This document shows positions 55,173-64,000 of a DNA stretch of 64,000 nt, one piece after another. The position numbers and the translations under genes were made by a program. The notes under the pieces were generated by a model. That model worked only from the letters and a program-made list of their open reading frames with translations, was not told the DNA's origin and did no database searches. Origin of the DNA: an uncultured Candidatus Saccharibacteria bacterium (GTDB taxonomy: Bacteria; Patescibacteriota; Minisyncoccia; Phycocordibacterales; JBBTRF01); assembly GCA_964602975.1 (NCBI GenBank), contig CAZRTH010000001.1, forward strand, positions 5,385 to 69,384, in the 5' to 3' direction. Position 1 is the stretch's first letter; each line of letters starts with the position of its first letter.

Positions 55173-55670
55173 ATGGTCAAAAACCGCAGTTCCTTGCGCA
55201 TCCTTATCGATATTATGCAAAACCTCAGCTGGTTTCCCTTGTCCCTCGCCGCCGGCCTCCTGATGGGCATCGGCATGATCCTCGCCCGCACCGGCGCTTC
55301 GGGCATGCCCTCCTACATCTTTGTCGGTATCCTCGGCATCGTCTGGGGTGCAGGCTCGATGAGTTTCGCCGTCGTCCGGCATGAGCCGTTCAACTACGCG
55401 ACGACGATCATCGTCTTCGCTGTCCTGGCCGGCATCTTCTTCTGGCTCGAGAACATCTTGCGTTTCAACGCGGTACCCAAAGCGCCCGTGACCGCCTACG
55501 TGCTTCTCACCATCGAGGTCGTCGGCGTCACCCTCACGCTCATCTACGACTTCGTCCGCCTCTACCGGGCCGGCAAGCTCGACACGGTAAGTAGCCATGA
55601 GATCATCGGACTGCTGTTGGGCGCCGGAGCCGTGACAATGTTTGCCCTCGCGCCAAAGCATCAGCTATAG
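55173..55670 (+). CDS. hypothetical small membrane protein (4-5 TM)
   Basis: Hydrophobic ORF; the antisense ORF 55113..55661 is Asp/Glu-rich, typical of the antisense of a TM gene. Confidence 0.45.
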   Translation: MVKNRSSLRILIDIMQNLSWFPLSLAAGLLMGIGMILARTGASGMPSYIFVGILGIVWGAGSMSFAVVRHEPFNYATTIIVFAVLAGIFFWLENILRFNAVPKAPVTAYVLLTIEVVGVTLTLIYDFVRLYRAGKLDTVSSHEIIGLLLGAGAVTMFALAPKHQL

Positions 55671-55777
55671 GTTGACGACCATGTCGCCCAAGGCTTTCCG
55701 GCTTTCGCAAACGAAACAAAGGCAGAGAAACCCTCTGCCTTTTTCCTTTTGATTATTTTTTCTTTATCCTTATATTC

Positions 55778-56080
55778 CTACCGATTCGCAAACGTTTGCA
55801 ACAAATGGATGCCTGGCTTCAGGAGCTGCTCCCACACGATGCCAACCAAGATCGTATTCCAAATAAATGTTGCCGGTGTCACCAAGAAATGCTCCCACAC
55901 ATAGGTCAAAAAGTTCCAAACGTACGAGAAATTTGACTTCGAGGTATCGGACTCGGCAATGGCTTTCAGATTGAAACCAAAATAGCTCAAGATAAGGATT
56001 GCGACGACGATCACGACAATCATTTTGAGCAGTCCGCTCGACTTATTCATGAGGTGTATTGTATCAAAGCTCTGCCGCAC
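55778..56080 (-). CDS. hypothetical small membrane protein
   Basis: MNKSSGLLKMIVVIVVAILILSYF TM; 90-100 aa. Confidence 0.4.
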   Translation of the reverse strand: MRQSFDTIHLMNKSSGLLKMIVVIVVAILILSYFGFNLKAIAESDTSKSNFSYVWNFLTYVWEHFLVTPATFIWNTILVGIVWEQLLKPGIHLLQTFANR

Positions 56081-56117
56081 GGTACAGTTTATAAGTCACG
56101 AGTCGGTACTATTGGAC

Positions 56118-57440
56118 TTATAGATATAGCAGCGGATTCAGATAGGCGCGCAGGTCCGCCACCGGCATAGTGTAGGTGCCGCCGCAGACCTTGCTTGGTC
56201 GTTGGACCACTTGTACGCCGTCGCTCGCGAGTACGGAGAAATGCAGGTGCGGACCAAAGGCGTAGCCGCTGTCGCCGCTCAAAGCGATGGTGTCCCCCTT
56301 CGCTACTCGTTGATCTTTGGACACACGGATGAGCGAATTGTGGCCATATATAGTGGAAAGTCCATTGTCATGGCGAATGAGGATCCACTTGCCGTATGAG
56401 GCGCCCTTGCACACAAGGTCAGTGTCTCCCGTTCCCACAACGATGCCGCTCTCGGCCGCCTTTACCGGCGTACCAAATGCGGCACGCAGGTCGATGCCGT
56501 TGTGTCCATTTCCGTTGTACACTGCCCCAGCTGCGGTTTTCGAAAATTCGGTCTGTCCGAAATACTGCGTCACAAATACGGAATCGAGTGGCCAACCGAT
56601 CACTCCCTTGCCAATGGTCGGCAGTTTGCTCAGGTCGATGGCAAATTTCAGCTGCGCTTCGTAGGCGATGAGCTCGTTGGCGAATGCTTTTCGTCGAGCC
56701 TCTTTTTCAGCCAAAATCCTCGCGTAGGCAGACTCCTGGTTTTTAGTCTCGGCGAGCAGATTTGCTTTGTTCTTTCGGTTCGCCTCCAAGATCGTCTTTT
56801 GGTCAGACAGGTCGCGCTTCAACGCCAGCAGGCGCTTTTGTTGATCTGCATTCTGCTGACGTTTCTTTTGCAACTCAGAACGTAGCTCGCGCAACGCATC
56901 GAGGTGCTTGCGGATCGCGTTTCGTAGCTCCACGATGCGCTCCGCCTCATCCCAGACTGTCGAAGTTTTCGACGAACTGAGTATCGCCTCAACCGTGCTG
57001 ATCTGGTCCTCTTCGTCCAATCTCATCAAACTTTCCTTCACCACACTGACACTGTCGCCGATCTGCCGCTCCTTCACGGCAATATCTTTATCGAGCTGCT
57101 CGATAGTGAGAGTCGTCGCTTCGATCTTTTTCGTCGTGAGCTGAAGATCGACGGCTAATTTTTTCTGGGTGAGGTCGAGCTGCTTTATCGTATTCTGCAG
57201 CGTCGTTTTCTGCTTGCCGACCATATCGAGCTGCACTTTGTATTGGCCGATCTCGGCTTCGAGTTGGCGAATACTTTCGTTGCGCTCGTCGATCTTTGCC
57301 TTCAGCTCATCGACTGTCGCAGCCTCCAAGATCGGAGTTTGCATTATTTCAAACCTTGCGCAGCCGCTAAAAACCAGCAGGAAAAATACCAACAAAAAAA
57401 GTTTCGCGCAGTTATTTTTTGAGCAAGCGGATCGCATCAT
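56118..57440 (-). CDS. M23-family peptidase with N-terminal coiled coil (EnvC-like)
   Basis: LytM core HNGIDL...GTPV...DNGLSTIYGH...GDSGYAFGPHLHFSV; long coiled-coil N-domain; lipobox-like LLVFSGC. Confidence 0.8.
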   Translation of the reverse strand: MMRSACSKNNCAKLFLLVFFLLVFSGCARFEIMQTPILEAATVDELKAKIDERNESIRQLEAEIGQYKVQLDMVGKQKTTLQNTIKQLDLTQKKLAVDLQLTTKKIEATTLTIEQLDKDIAVKERQIGDSVSVVKESLMRLDEEDQISTVEAILSSSKTSTVWDEAERIVELRNAIRKHLDALRELRSELQKKRQQNADQQKRLLALKRDLSDQKTILEANRKNKANLLAETKNQESAYARILAEKEARRKAFANELIAYEAQLKFAIDLSKLPTIGKGVIGWPLDSVFVTQYFGQTEFSKTAAGAVYNGNGHNGIDLRAAFGTPVKAAESGIVVGTGDTDLVCKGASYGKWILIRHDNGLSTIYGHNSLIRVSKDQRVAKGDTIALSGDSGYAFGPHLHFSVLASDGVQVVQRPSKVCGGTYTMPVADLRAYLNPLLYL

Positions 57441-58782
57441 TGATTCGAACGAGCGTCTCCTTTTTTCCGAGCACCGCGGCGAGAGTGAATGGATCGGGTG
57501 ATTTTTGAGCTCCGGAAAGGGCATAGCGCATCGGCCACAAAACGCCTCCCCTCCCCTGCTCCTCTGCATATTTCCAAACAGCCTGCTTCACGCTTTCTTG
57601 GTCAAACGGCTCGGCCGGCAATGTCTCGATGAGTTCGGCGACGTGCTGCAATCGAGCGGCTGTTTTTTCTTTGCTCGACTCGTCCTTCCAGAGCAACTGC
57701 TCCGCTTTGTATGATGGCTTGGCGAAGAAATATCCAAATTCACCAGCGGCAAAAAGTGTCTTGACATCGCCAATGGTATCGATGCGCTCCAATACGATCG
57801 GCGCGACTTTTTTCAGCAACTCCTTGTTTTTCGAACCGCATGCCGTCTCGATCGTGGACTCGATCACTGAGATCGGCTGTTGCTTCAAATATTCTTTGTT
57901 GATCCAACGCAGTTTCTTTTGGTCGAAAATGGCGCCTCCCTTTTGGATCTTGGAGAGGTCGAATAGTTTAAGCAGATCGGCTTTCGAGAGGATCTCCTGG
58001 TCGGTGCCGGGATTCCACCCCAACAAGGCCATGCCGTTCACGAGTGCTTCTGGCATGAAGCCTTGCTCGCGGTATTCGGTGACAGCGAGCGCACCTTTGC
58101 GTTTCGAAAGTTTGGAACGATCTTCTCCGAGCACGAGCGGGAGATGTGCGTAGATCGGCTCTGGCGCACCGATCGCTCGCTGGATGAGGATCTGGCGTGG
58201 TGTGTTGGAAATGTGATCCTCACCGCGGATGATATGTGTGACGGCTTCGGTGAAGTCATCGACGACAACGGCCAAATGGAAGAGCGGGGTGTCAAGATTT
58301 TTGGCGATGACGAAATCTTTTAGATCCGCCGTCTCCATCTCGATGGTTCCTCGAATGAGATCCGTGAACGCCACTTTCGTGCCCGGATTTTTGAATCGGA
58401 CAAGATCGTTCATCTTCTGCTGCCCGCTCGCCGGATCGAGTACGGGGTTCCCCTCCTTGTCCCTGGCCGGCTCGCGGGACACATACGCTTTCCCCTCAGC
58501 GATCATCTGCTCGAGATACTTTCGATGCGTTGGCGACTGCTCGGATTGGCGATACATTTCGTCGTATTCCAAACCCATCCACGCCAAGCTGTCCAGGATG
58601 TTCGCCTCGTATTCTGGCTTCGAACGAAGCTTGTCGGTATCCTCGATACGCAGGATGAATTTGCCACCATGCTGCCGCGCGTACAGATAACTGAACAAGG
58701 CGGTGCGATAGCTGCCGACATGAAAAAGGCCGGTCGGCGATGGGGCAAAACGAGTGACGATTTTAGACGCGGAAGTGCTCAT
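57412..58782 (-). CDS. gltX: glutamyl-tRNA synthetase
   Basis: HIGH-region FAPSPTGLFHVGSYRTAL; KLSKRKG (KMSKS); 456 aa. Confidence 0.9.
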   Translation of the reverse strand: MSTSASKIVTRFAPSPTGLFHVGSYRTALFSYLYARQHGGKFILRIEDTDKLRSKPEYEANILDSLAWMGLEYDEMYRQSEQSPTHRKYLEQMIAEGKAYVSREPARDKEGNPVLDPASGQQKMNDLVRFKNPGTKVAFTDLIRGTIEMETADLKDFVIAKNLDTPLFHLAVVVDDFTEAVTHIIRGEDHISNTPRQILIQRAIGAPEPIYAHLPLVLGEDRSKLSKRKGALAVTEYREQGFMPEALVNGMALLGWNPGTDQEILSKADLLKLFDLSKIQKGGAIFDQKKLRWINKEYLKQQPISVIESTIETACGSKNKELLKKVAPIVLERIDTIGDVKTLFAAGEFGYFFAKPSYKAEQLLWKDESSKEKTAARLQHVAELIETLPAEPFDQESVKQAVWKYAEEQGRGGVLWPMRYALSGAQKSPDPFTLAAVLGKKETLVRINDAIRLLKK

Positions 58783-58824
58783 AAAGTCCCTATATTATAT
58801 GGCAAAATCGCGGTTTCGGAGGTA

Positions 58825-58853
58825 TTGACTAGATTTATACAAGATGATATAAT
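58825..58853 (+). promoter_or_regulatory. sigma70-like promoter (TTGACT-17-TATAAT)
   Basis: Exact -35 TTGACT at 58825..58830 and -10 TATAAT at 58848..58853 with a 17-bp spacer, upstream of the gene at 58947. Confidence 0.55.
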
Positions 58854-58909
58854 GTGGCCCGCTGTAATTGGATCGTTTCCAATTGAATAAGCTCGGTCAA
58901 CCAAAACCC

Positions 58910-58928
58910 GCGTGAACCCTGTTCACGC
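58910..58928. promoter_or_regulatory. perfect 8-3-8 palindrome gcgtgaac-cct-gttcacgc (operator-like)
   Basis: Lies between the predicted promoter and the start codon of ORF 58947. Confidence 0.35.
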
Positions 58929-58946
58929 ATCAATGAAAGGTCTTGT

Positions 58947-59648
58947 ATGGAACCCGGAGATGATGGAATGATGAAAAAGACGATCGTGTTGGCTCGCGCC
59001 GCCGAAAGCGATCCGATGGGTCGTGAACTCGCCCCGCTCGGTGACCTTCAGGCGAACCTGCTCACAGAAGCCATTCAGGCCAAGGGGCTCCGATTTGATC
59101 GCGTGCTCATCGCTGTCCATGAAACCGATTCGTGGATCACCGCGGCGCGCGTCAAGGAAATGACCTCGGAAGTCGGGGAAAAATTCCTGAAGGAATTGGC
59201 GCTACGGGAGGGTTACCCGTGCGATGACGAGATCCTCAAACTGATCGGGCAGTATCCGAGCTTTCCGCTCGCGACCTACGCCGGCCAGCCGGGGTATCAA
59301 GCCCTCTGTTCCCACACCGCGAAGGCGCTGCGCGAGATCAAAACCCTCATCTCGGCGGAACACAACAACATCCTCATTTGTTCGCGCCATGCCCATGTGC
59401 TGAGCAGTCTCGCCCTCGCTTGGGTGAGCGACATGGTCTTCAGTGGCTTCAAGCTCTGTCCCTCACCTCATCTGCCGTCATTTCCCATTGACCGCGGCGA
59501 CCTCTGCTACGGCGCCACGGAGTTCTTCCTGGGGAATGGGCAGGCGCTCGTATTCCAATACGACGCCTCAGACCCCGCCAATCAAATGGTCGGCGCGATC
59601 CAATACCTGAATCCGGAATACTTGGCGCAAAGTCAGCCGCAGCGTTAA
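58947..59648 (+). CDS. hypothetical protein, weak histidine-phosphatase-like features
   Basis: TIVLARAAESDP resembles a degenerate RHG motif; 233 aa; assignment weak. Confidence 0.35.
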   Translation: MEPGDDGMMKKTIVLARAAESDPMGRELAPLGDLQANLLTEAIQAKGLRFDRVLIAVHETDSWITAARVKEMTSEVGEKFLKELALREGYPCDDEILKLIGQYPSFPLATYAGQPGYQALCSHTAKALREIKTLISAEHNNILICSRHAHVLSSLALAWVSDMVFSGFKLCPSPHLPSFPIDRGDLCYGATEFFLGNGQALVFQYDASDPANQMVGAIQYLNPEYLAQSQPQR

Positions 59649-59720
59649 GGCAGCCAGTAATCGGCCTCAATTCCGAGCAATTCTTCGCACCTCTCCGGTC
59701 CAATCCCGAGGAGGTGTTTT

Positions 59721-60848
59721 TTATTTCTCATGCTCCAACGCAAGACCGAGGATCTCTTCGGCGATCAGGCGTGCGGAATCCAAACGGCTAAATTTTTTCG
59801 CTGAAGCAGCCATCGTACCCAAAAGACCGACAGTCTCAAAGAGACGATCTATCTCAGTTTGCAAAACGTGTGGCGACAGATTCCCCTCCTCGATCACAAT
59901 GCATCCGCCGGCATGAGCATAATTAAAGGCGTTGTGCACTTGGTCGTGCGAGACCGTCTCATTGATCGGAATAATAATGCTCGGAATCCCCCACGCCGCC
60001 AACTCAAAAATAGTAGAACCGGCCCGCGAGATCGCCAGCTGCGAAATACCGGCTGACATTCGTAAATTCAAATCATTCAAATAATCAAAAGCCTTGTATC
60101 GGCTGCGATACTTGCTGTCGGTGAGCACCACCTCGGCCGTTCGTTTCACCGCCTCGATATTGGCCTTGCCCGTCTGATGGATGATCTGATACCTCTCCAC
60201 AAGCGCCGGCAGAATATCCATGAGATTTTCATTGATCGTCACCGCGCCCTGCGAACCTCCCAAAATGAGAATAGTTGGCACGTCCTTCTGAAAACCAAAA
60301 TATTCGTATGCACCATTGCTCAAAGGCTCGCGGATCTCCTGCCTGATCGGATTGCCGGTGTAGGCAGTTTTGGCGGCAGGGAAAAATTCAGCGCTCTGTG
60401 GATAGGAAATTGCAATGCGCTTGGCAAATTTTGCCGCCCACGCATTCACCCGTCCCGGCTTGCTGTCCGATTCGTGAATAATGACCGGAATACGCAACAA
60501 TCGCGCTGCCAAAAGGGTCGGAAAGCTCACATAGCCGCCCTTGCCAAAGACAACATCGGGGTATATCTGAAACAATTTCACCAACGTGATACACACTCCC
60601 CAGGCCGTCTTCACTGCATCCACGATATTGAGAAGAGAAAAGTATCGGCGTATCTTCCCTGCCGGTGTGGCAACAAAACGGATCCCCTTTGAAAAAAGGA
60701 GATTTTCGTTGTATGGCACGTTGGCCATATAGATGAGTTCCGGATCCAGCAAGCGCTTCTCTTTGCTCAAAGTCATCACCTCTTCGGCCACCGCGATGAT
60801 GGGATAGAAGTGTCCGCCTGAGCCGCCGCCGGTGAATGCGATTTTCAT
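59721..60848 (-). CDS. murG: UDP-GlcNAc:lipid I N-acetylglucosaminyltransferase MurG
   Basis: MKIAFTGGGSGGHFYPIIAV N-terminus; GT28 layout. Confidence 0.9.
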   Translation of the reverse strand: MKIAFTGGGSGGHFYPIIAVAEEVMTLSKEKRLLDPELIYMANVPYNENLLFSKGIRFVATPAGKIRRYFSLLNIVDAVKTAWGVCITLVKLFQIYPDVVFGKGGYVSFPTLLAARLLRIPVIIHESDSKPGRVNAWAAKFAKRIAISYPQSAEFFPAAKTAYTGNPIRQEIREPLSNGAYEYFGFQKDVPTILILGGSQGAVTINENLMDILPALVERYQIIHQTGKANIEAVKRTAEVVLTDSKYRSRYKAFDYLNDLNLRMSAGISQLAISRAGSTIFELAAWGIPSIIIPINETVSHDQVHNAFNYAHAGGCIVIEEGNLSPHVLQTEIDRLFETVGLLGTMAASAKKFSRLDSARLIAEEILGLALEHEK

Positions 60849-60851
60849 GGG

Positions 60852-61946
60852 TTATGTTCGGTATTTAGAAATGTTACAGAGGATGCCGAGCTCGGCCAAT
60901 GCGCAGAAGAGCGCGGTGCCGCCATGGCTCACAAAGGTGAGCGGCAGGCCGGAGAGCGGTATAACGCCCAACATTGAGGCGATATTCACAAACGACTGCG
61001 ACACCATCAGTATACCAATTCCCACGGCTAACAGTCCACCGAACATATCGGGTGCACGAGTGGCGATCTTGAACACCTGCAGAGCGAAGAAACAGAAAAT
61101 GAGAATGATAGCGACCCCTCCTGCAAAACCGAACTCCTCTCCTGCCACAGCAAAGATAGAGTCGCCGATCGGCTCCGGCAGAAAATTGAACTTTTGGATA
61201 CTTTGGCCAAAGCCTCGGCCAGTTAGTTGACCTGAGCCGATGGCAATGAGCGATTGTTGGATCTGATAACCAGAACCGGTGGCGTCTTTGGATGGATGAA
61301 TAAAGGTGTCGACGCGTTGCATCAGGTACGGCCGCTGAAAGACAAGTATGGCCAGAATCGCCAACCCGCTTGTTCCCAGCACGATAAGATGTCGCACTCG
61401 AGCGCCAGCCGCGATGTACATTGCCAGGCCGGCAAGTACCATCATGCCAAAGGTTGCAGTATCAGGTTGCGATAGCATCACCAATCCCACAATGCCAGTG
61501 ATGACGATGAACGGTATCAAACCTCTTTTCAAAGTGGCAACTTTTTCTTTTGCTCCCGAAAGCCAGGCGGCGAGATAGAAAAGATAGCCAATCTTCAGAA
61601 GCTCCGATGGCTGAAAGGAGACGAATCCAAGATTGATCCAACGACTCGCGCCCCCGTGTTTGAAGCCAATCCCCGGCACGAACACGAGCAAGGTCACGAG
61701 CAGTGACAGCGCAAAAATATGGAAAGAATATTTTCGCCAATTGCGATAGTGAATGTTCGAGGTGAACAAAAAGGCGATGGTACCGAGGCCGAGGCCGAAG
61801 AAAAGATGGTTGAAGACTACCGACGAATACAACACGTCGGATCGGCTCAAGAGACCAAGCGATGCCGAGATAAATATAAAAATGCCGGCCGTCACGAGCG
61901 TGAGCGATGTCAGCAAAAAGAGCTTGTCGATTTTCCCGCCCCTCAT
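60852..61946 (-). CDS. ftsW: SEDS-family peptidoglycan polymerase (FtsW/RodA)
   Basis: 364 aa, about 10 TM, SEDS conserved loops; adjacent to murG. Confidence 0.85.
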   Translation of the reverse strand: MRGGKIDKLFLLTSLTLVTAGIFIFISASLGLLSRSDVLYSSVVFNHLFFGLGLGTIAFLFTSNIHYRNWRKYSFHIFALSLLVTLLVFVPGIGFKHGGASRWINLGFVSFQPSELLKIGYLFYLAAWLSGAKEKVATLKRGLIPFIVITGIVGLVMLSQPDTATFGMMVLAGLAMYIAAGARVRHLIVLGTSGLAILAILVFQRPYLMQRVDTFIHPSKDATGSGYQIQQSLIAIGSGQLTGRGFGQSIQKFNFLPEPIGDSIFAVAGEEFGFAGGVAIILIFCFFALQVFKIATRAPDMFGGLLAVGIGILMVSQSFVNIASMLGVIPLSGLPLTFVSHGGTALFCALAELGILCNISKYRT

Positions 61947-61998
61947 GCCGATATCATATCACACCGTCTCTAAGGCTTCGCAGCAAAATGCTGCTCAA

Positions 61999-62934
61999 TT
62001 ATCGCTGGAAATACGCCAAAGTCGAGCTCGCAAGTGCCTCCACATCGGAGAAACGCCCGTCCTCCGTAGAGCCAAGCACGGCGATCACGACGGGGTGATT
62101 GAAGCCGATATCGATCCCCACCACGAGATTGCCGCCGGCCAGATCGGTGAGTCCGGTCTTGGAGCCGATGATGCCGGGGATCGCATTTATGGCCTCATTG
62201 GTATTTTTTGCTGGATGTCGAAAATCATCTATCGAGGTGAAACTGGCACGTTCGTAGCTAGTCGCTTCGGCGATCTCAGGATGGTTTCGCAGAATGTATG
62301 CGAGCAGCGCAGCGACATCTTTCGCCGATCCGTAACCGCCGGCAGTGCTTGAGCTGACATCGAGCCCGCTTTCATTAATAAAAGTGCTGTCCGACAAGCC
62401 GATACGTTGAGCGTTTTGATTCATCAGGCCGATGAATTCGGCTTTTTGTGTTTCGACATCGGTGGTACTAGTGCTAAAAGCCATACTTGCTGAAGCGAGC
62501 GCACTGGCGCCATCGTTGGATGAGACGAACAAGGTGAAATTAACGAGATCTTTTAGGCTCCAGCGCTCATTGGCATAGAGGCCGCTGTCGCCTTCTTGAA
62601 CAATGTCACTGCTGCGAATAGTGGCCACTGTCGAAGGCGGAACCTGCTCTGAAGCAGTGAGAGCAGTCATCAGCTTGGTGACAGAGGCGAGCGGCAGACT
62701 GGTGGTGGCGTTGAGGGCGTAGAGCACCTCGCCGGTGATGGTGTCGACGACGTAGGCGGCCTTTGTCTCGAGGGTTGGTGGCACGACAAATTGCCGTACG
62801 ATCGGAGCCGGCTCAGGCGGCTTCTGCGCGAAAGAAGCGGCGATCTCCGGAATGAAGGAGTAGCCCGAAAAGGCACTTCCTGCGATGAGGAGGGTGCCGA
62901 AAGCTGCCATCTCGATTTTTCCGGTGCGGATCAT
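61999..62934 (-). CDS. D-alanyl-D-alanine carboxypeptidase (S11, PBP5/6-like)
   Basis: SVTKLMT (SxxK), SSN (VSSNDG), KTG (SKTGLT); signal peptide. Confidence 0.8.
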   Translation of the reverse strand: MIRTGKIEMAAFGTLLIAGSAFSGYSFIPEIAASFAQKPPEPAPIVRQFVVPPTLETKAAYVVDTITGEVLYALNATTSLPLASVTKLMTALTASEQVPPSTVATIRSSDIVQEGDSGLYANERWSLKDLVNFTLFVSSNDGASALASASMAFSTSTTDVETQKAEFIGLMNQNAQRIGLSDSTFINESGLDVSSSTAGGYGSAKDVAALLAYILRNHPEIAEATSYERASFTSIDDFRHPAKNTNEAINAIPGIIGSKTGLTDLAGGNLVVGIDIGFNHPVVIAVLGSTEDGRFSDVEALASSTLAYFQR

Positions 62935-62945
62935 GTAAAATTATC

Positions 62946-63545
62946 CTACTCTGTTGCAGGCTCCGGCGCAACCGGCTCGGCAGACGCCAATTCCGCCGGC
63001 TCATCATGTGCCACGATCGCGCTCTGCCGCATCGCCTCGTACTCGGGCAATTCTTCCGGCTTGGTGAGACCCATGAAAGTGATGAGCTGCATGGTCGGCT
63101 TGTACAAAAAGGAGCGCTGATCTTCAGGAGAGTTCACTTTTTCGACCAGACCGCGGATGAGCAGGTTGCGTAGGATGAACGTCGAATTGACGCCGCGAAT
63201 ATTGTCGATCTCGCGACGGCTGATCGGCCCTTTGTACAGGACGATCGAAAGCGTTTCCAAGCCGGCTTTTCCGAGGTCGCGAGTGAGCTCTTCTTTTGTG
63301 AGTTGCTCGATAAGACCGGCTGCCTCCGGCGAGGTGCCGAGCATAAGTTCGTCATCTTTTTGTACTAGGACGAGACCGCGAGCGGCAACGCCCGCCCCGA
63401 CGGCAAGATTTTTCTCGAGCTCCGTGACTGCCGCATTCAGAGCCGATGTGTCGACTTTCAGTATCTCCGCGAGTCGCTTACGCGTCACCGGCTCCCCTTT
63501 CCAAAAGAGGATGGCTTCGAGTTGTGCTGAGAGTGGGAGAGACAT
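62946..63545 (-). CDS. scpB: segregation and condensation protein B
   Basis: LEAILFWKGEPVTRKRLAEIL... tandem wHTH; 199 aa. Confidence 0.85.
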   Translation of the reverse strand: MSLPLSAQLEAILFWKGEPVTRKRLAEILKVDTSALNAAVTELEKNLAVGAGVAARGLVLVQKDDELMLGTSPEAAGLIEQLTKEELTRDLGKAGLETLSIVLYKGPISRREIDNIRGVNSTFILRNLLIRGLVEKVNSPEDQRSFLYKPTMQLITFMGLTKPEELPEYEAMRQSAIVAHDEPAELASAEPVAPEPATE

Positions 63546-63581
63546 GTGATTGAAATTCCGCGCCTTTCGCCGCGCTGTTTG

Positions 63582-64000
63582 TTAATTATACCTCGGAACG
63601 CCGACAGCCTGCGTCTCGATGGTGATATCCTGGAAATGCGCATCCTGGGTGACATCGACGATCCCCTGCTTCACCAGCTCGAGCATGGCGAGAAAACTCA
63701 CGATAACATGCACGCGCTCCTGTTTGCCGACCTGTGCGAACTCCTTGAAACTCATTTTGATATTCGACTGGATACGCGCGGTGAGGTTCACGATCATTTC
63801 CTCGAGACTCATCACTTTCTTCACCACAGCTTTTGGGATGAATTCTTTTTTCGGCAGATTTCGAATAACCTCTTTGATCGCGGCGAGCAGGTTGGTTGGC
63901 GTGATCTCCGGTTCAGGTGAAAACACCGGAACGACTGTTTTCGATTCGGTCTTGGCGAAGATCGGCGTCGCGCCAAAACGTTCTTTCACGTGGAGCGAAA
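63582..64000 (-). CDS. scpA: segregation and condensation protein A (3' part; 5' end beyond window)
   Basis: C-terminal ScpA region ...VSFLAMLELVKQG...; ORF runs off the window edge. Confidence 0.8.
   Translation of the reverse strand, partial: SLHVKERFGATPIFAKTESKTVVPVFSPEPEITPTNLLAAIKEVIRNLPKKEFIPKAVVKKVMSLEEMIVNLTARIQSNIKMSFKEFAQVGKQERVHVIVSFLAMLELVKQGIVDVTQDAHFQDITIETQAVGVPRYN

Noticed and set aside
55113-55661. 182-aa minus-strand ORF
   Set aside because: Asp/Glu/Gly-rich antisense of the hydrophobic plus-strand membrane ORF 55173..55670.
1-64000. CRISPR arrays, rRNA genes, IS/transposase genes
   Set aside because: No regularly spaced direct repeats of 24-40 bp with unique spacers, no rRNA-like conserved stretches and no transposase or integrase ORFs were recognisable by eye.

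Overview
This 64-kb window looks like the core chromosome of a small-genome bacterium, about 50-52% GC with several 56-62% GC islands. Gene content and organisation are consistent with a Candidate Phyla Radiation / Patescibacteria-type organism; that assignment is inference only.

Most genes are housekeeping:
- Translation and replication: def-fmt-priA, murA, frr, rseP, proS, greA, lysS, hpf, holB, recR, dnaB, cysS, gltX, rplU, rplI and rpmA (not adjacent to each other), scpA/scpB.
- A reduced dcw cluster: mraZ-rsmH-ftsL-ftsI-murF.
- Two mreB paralogs, the second followed by mreC, an mreD-like ORF and PBP2.
- A second cell-wall block: murG, ftsW/rodA and a D-Ala-D-Ala carboxypeptidase.

The finding best supported directly by the sequence is a tRNA-Asn(GUU) gene on the minus strand split in its anticodon loop by a 590-nt group I intron. 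The intron carries an HNH homing-endonuclease ORF, and group I R/S (P7) and P/Q-like core elements are visible. A 20-bp copy of the tRNA 3' end lies 150 bp downstream, next to an aminoglycoside-phosphotransferase-like gene.

Other notable features:
- A family of about 47-bp palindromic intergenic repeats, present in three copies.
- A 20-bp inverted repeat that supplies the last five codons (TENK-stop) of both convergent genes lysS and the yciB-like gene.
- A tRNA-Glu(CUC) followed by a 445-bp structured non-coding region containing a second tRNA-like 3' fragment.
- A GC-rich island with two diverged paralogs (one 5'-truncated), each with a homologous terminator hairpin, flanking a SAM-methyltransferase and a secreted protein.
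- A type IV pilin cluster: three prepilin-like genes plus a 775-aa LVIVD-repeat protein.
- An AT-rich two-gene module (AAA_21-type ABC ATPase plus a small unknown protein) between rplI and rpmA.
- An EVE-domain protein.
- A 500-bp AT-rich gap between convergent genes with iteron-like repeats and a dif-like palindrome.

No CRISPR array, rRNA or recognisable transposase was seen.
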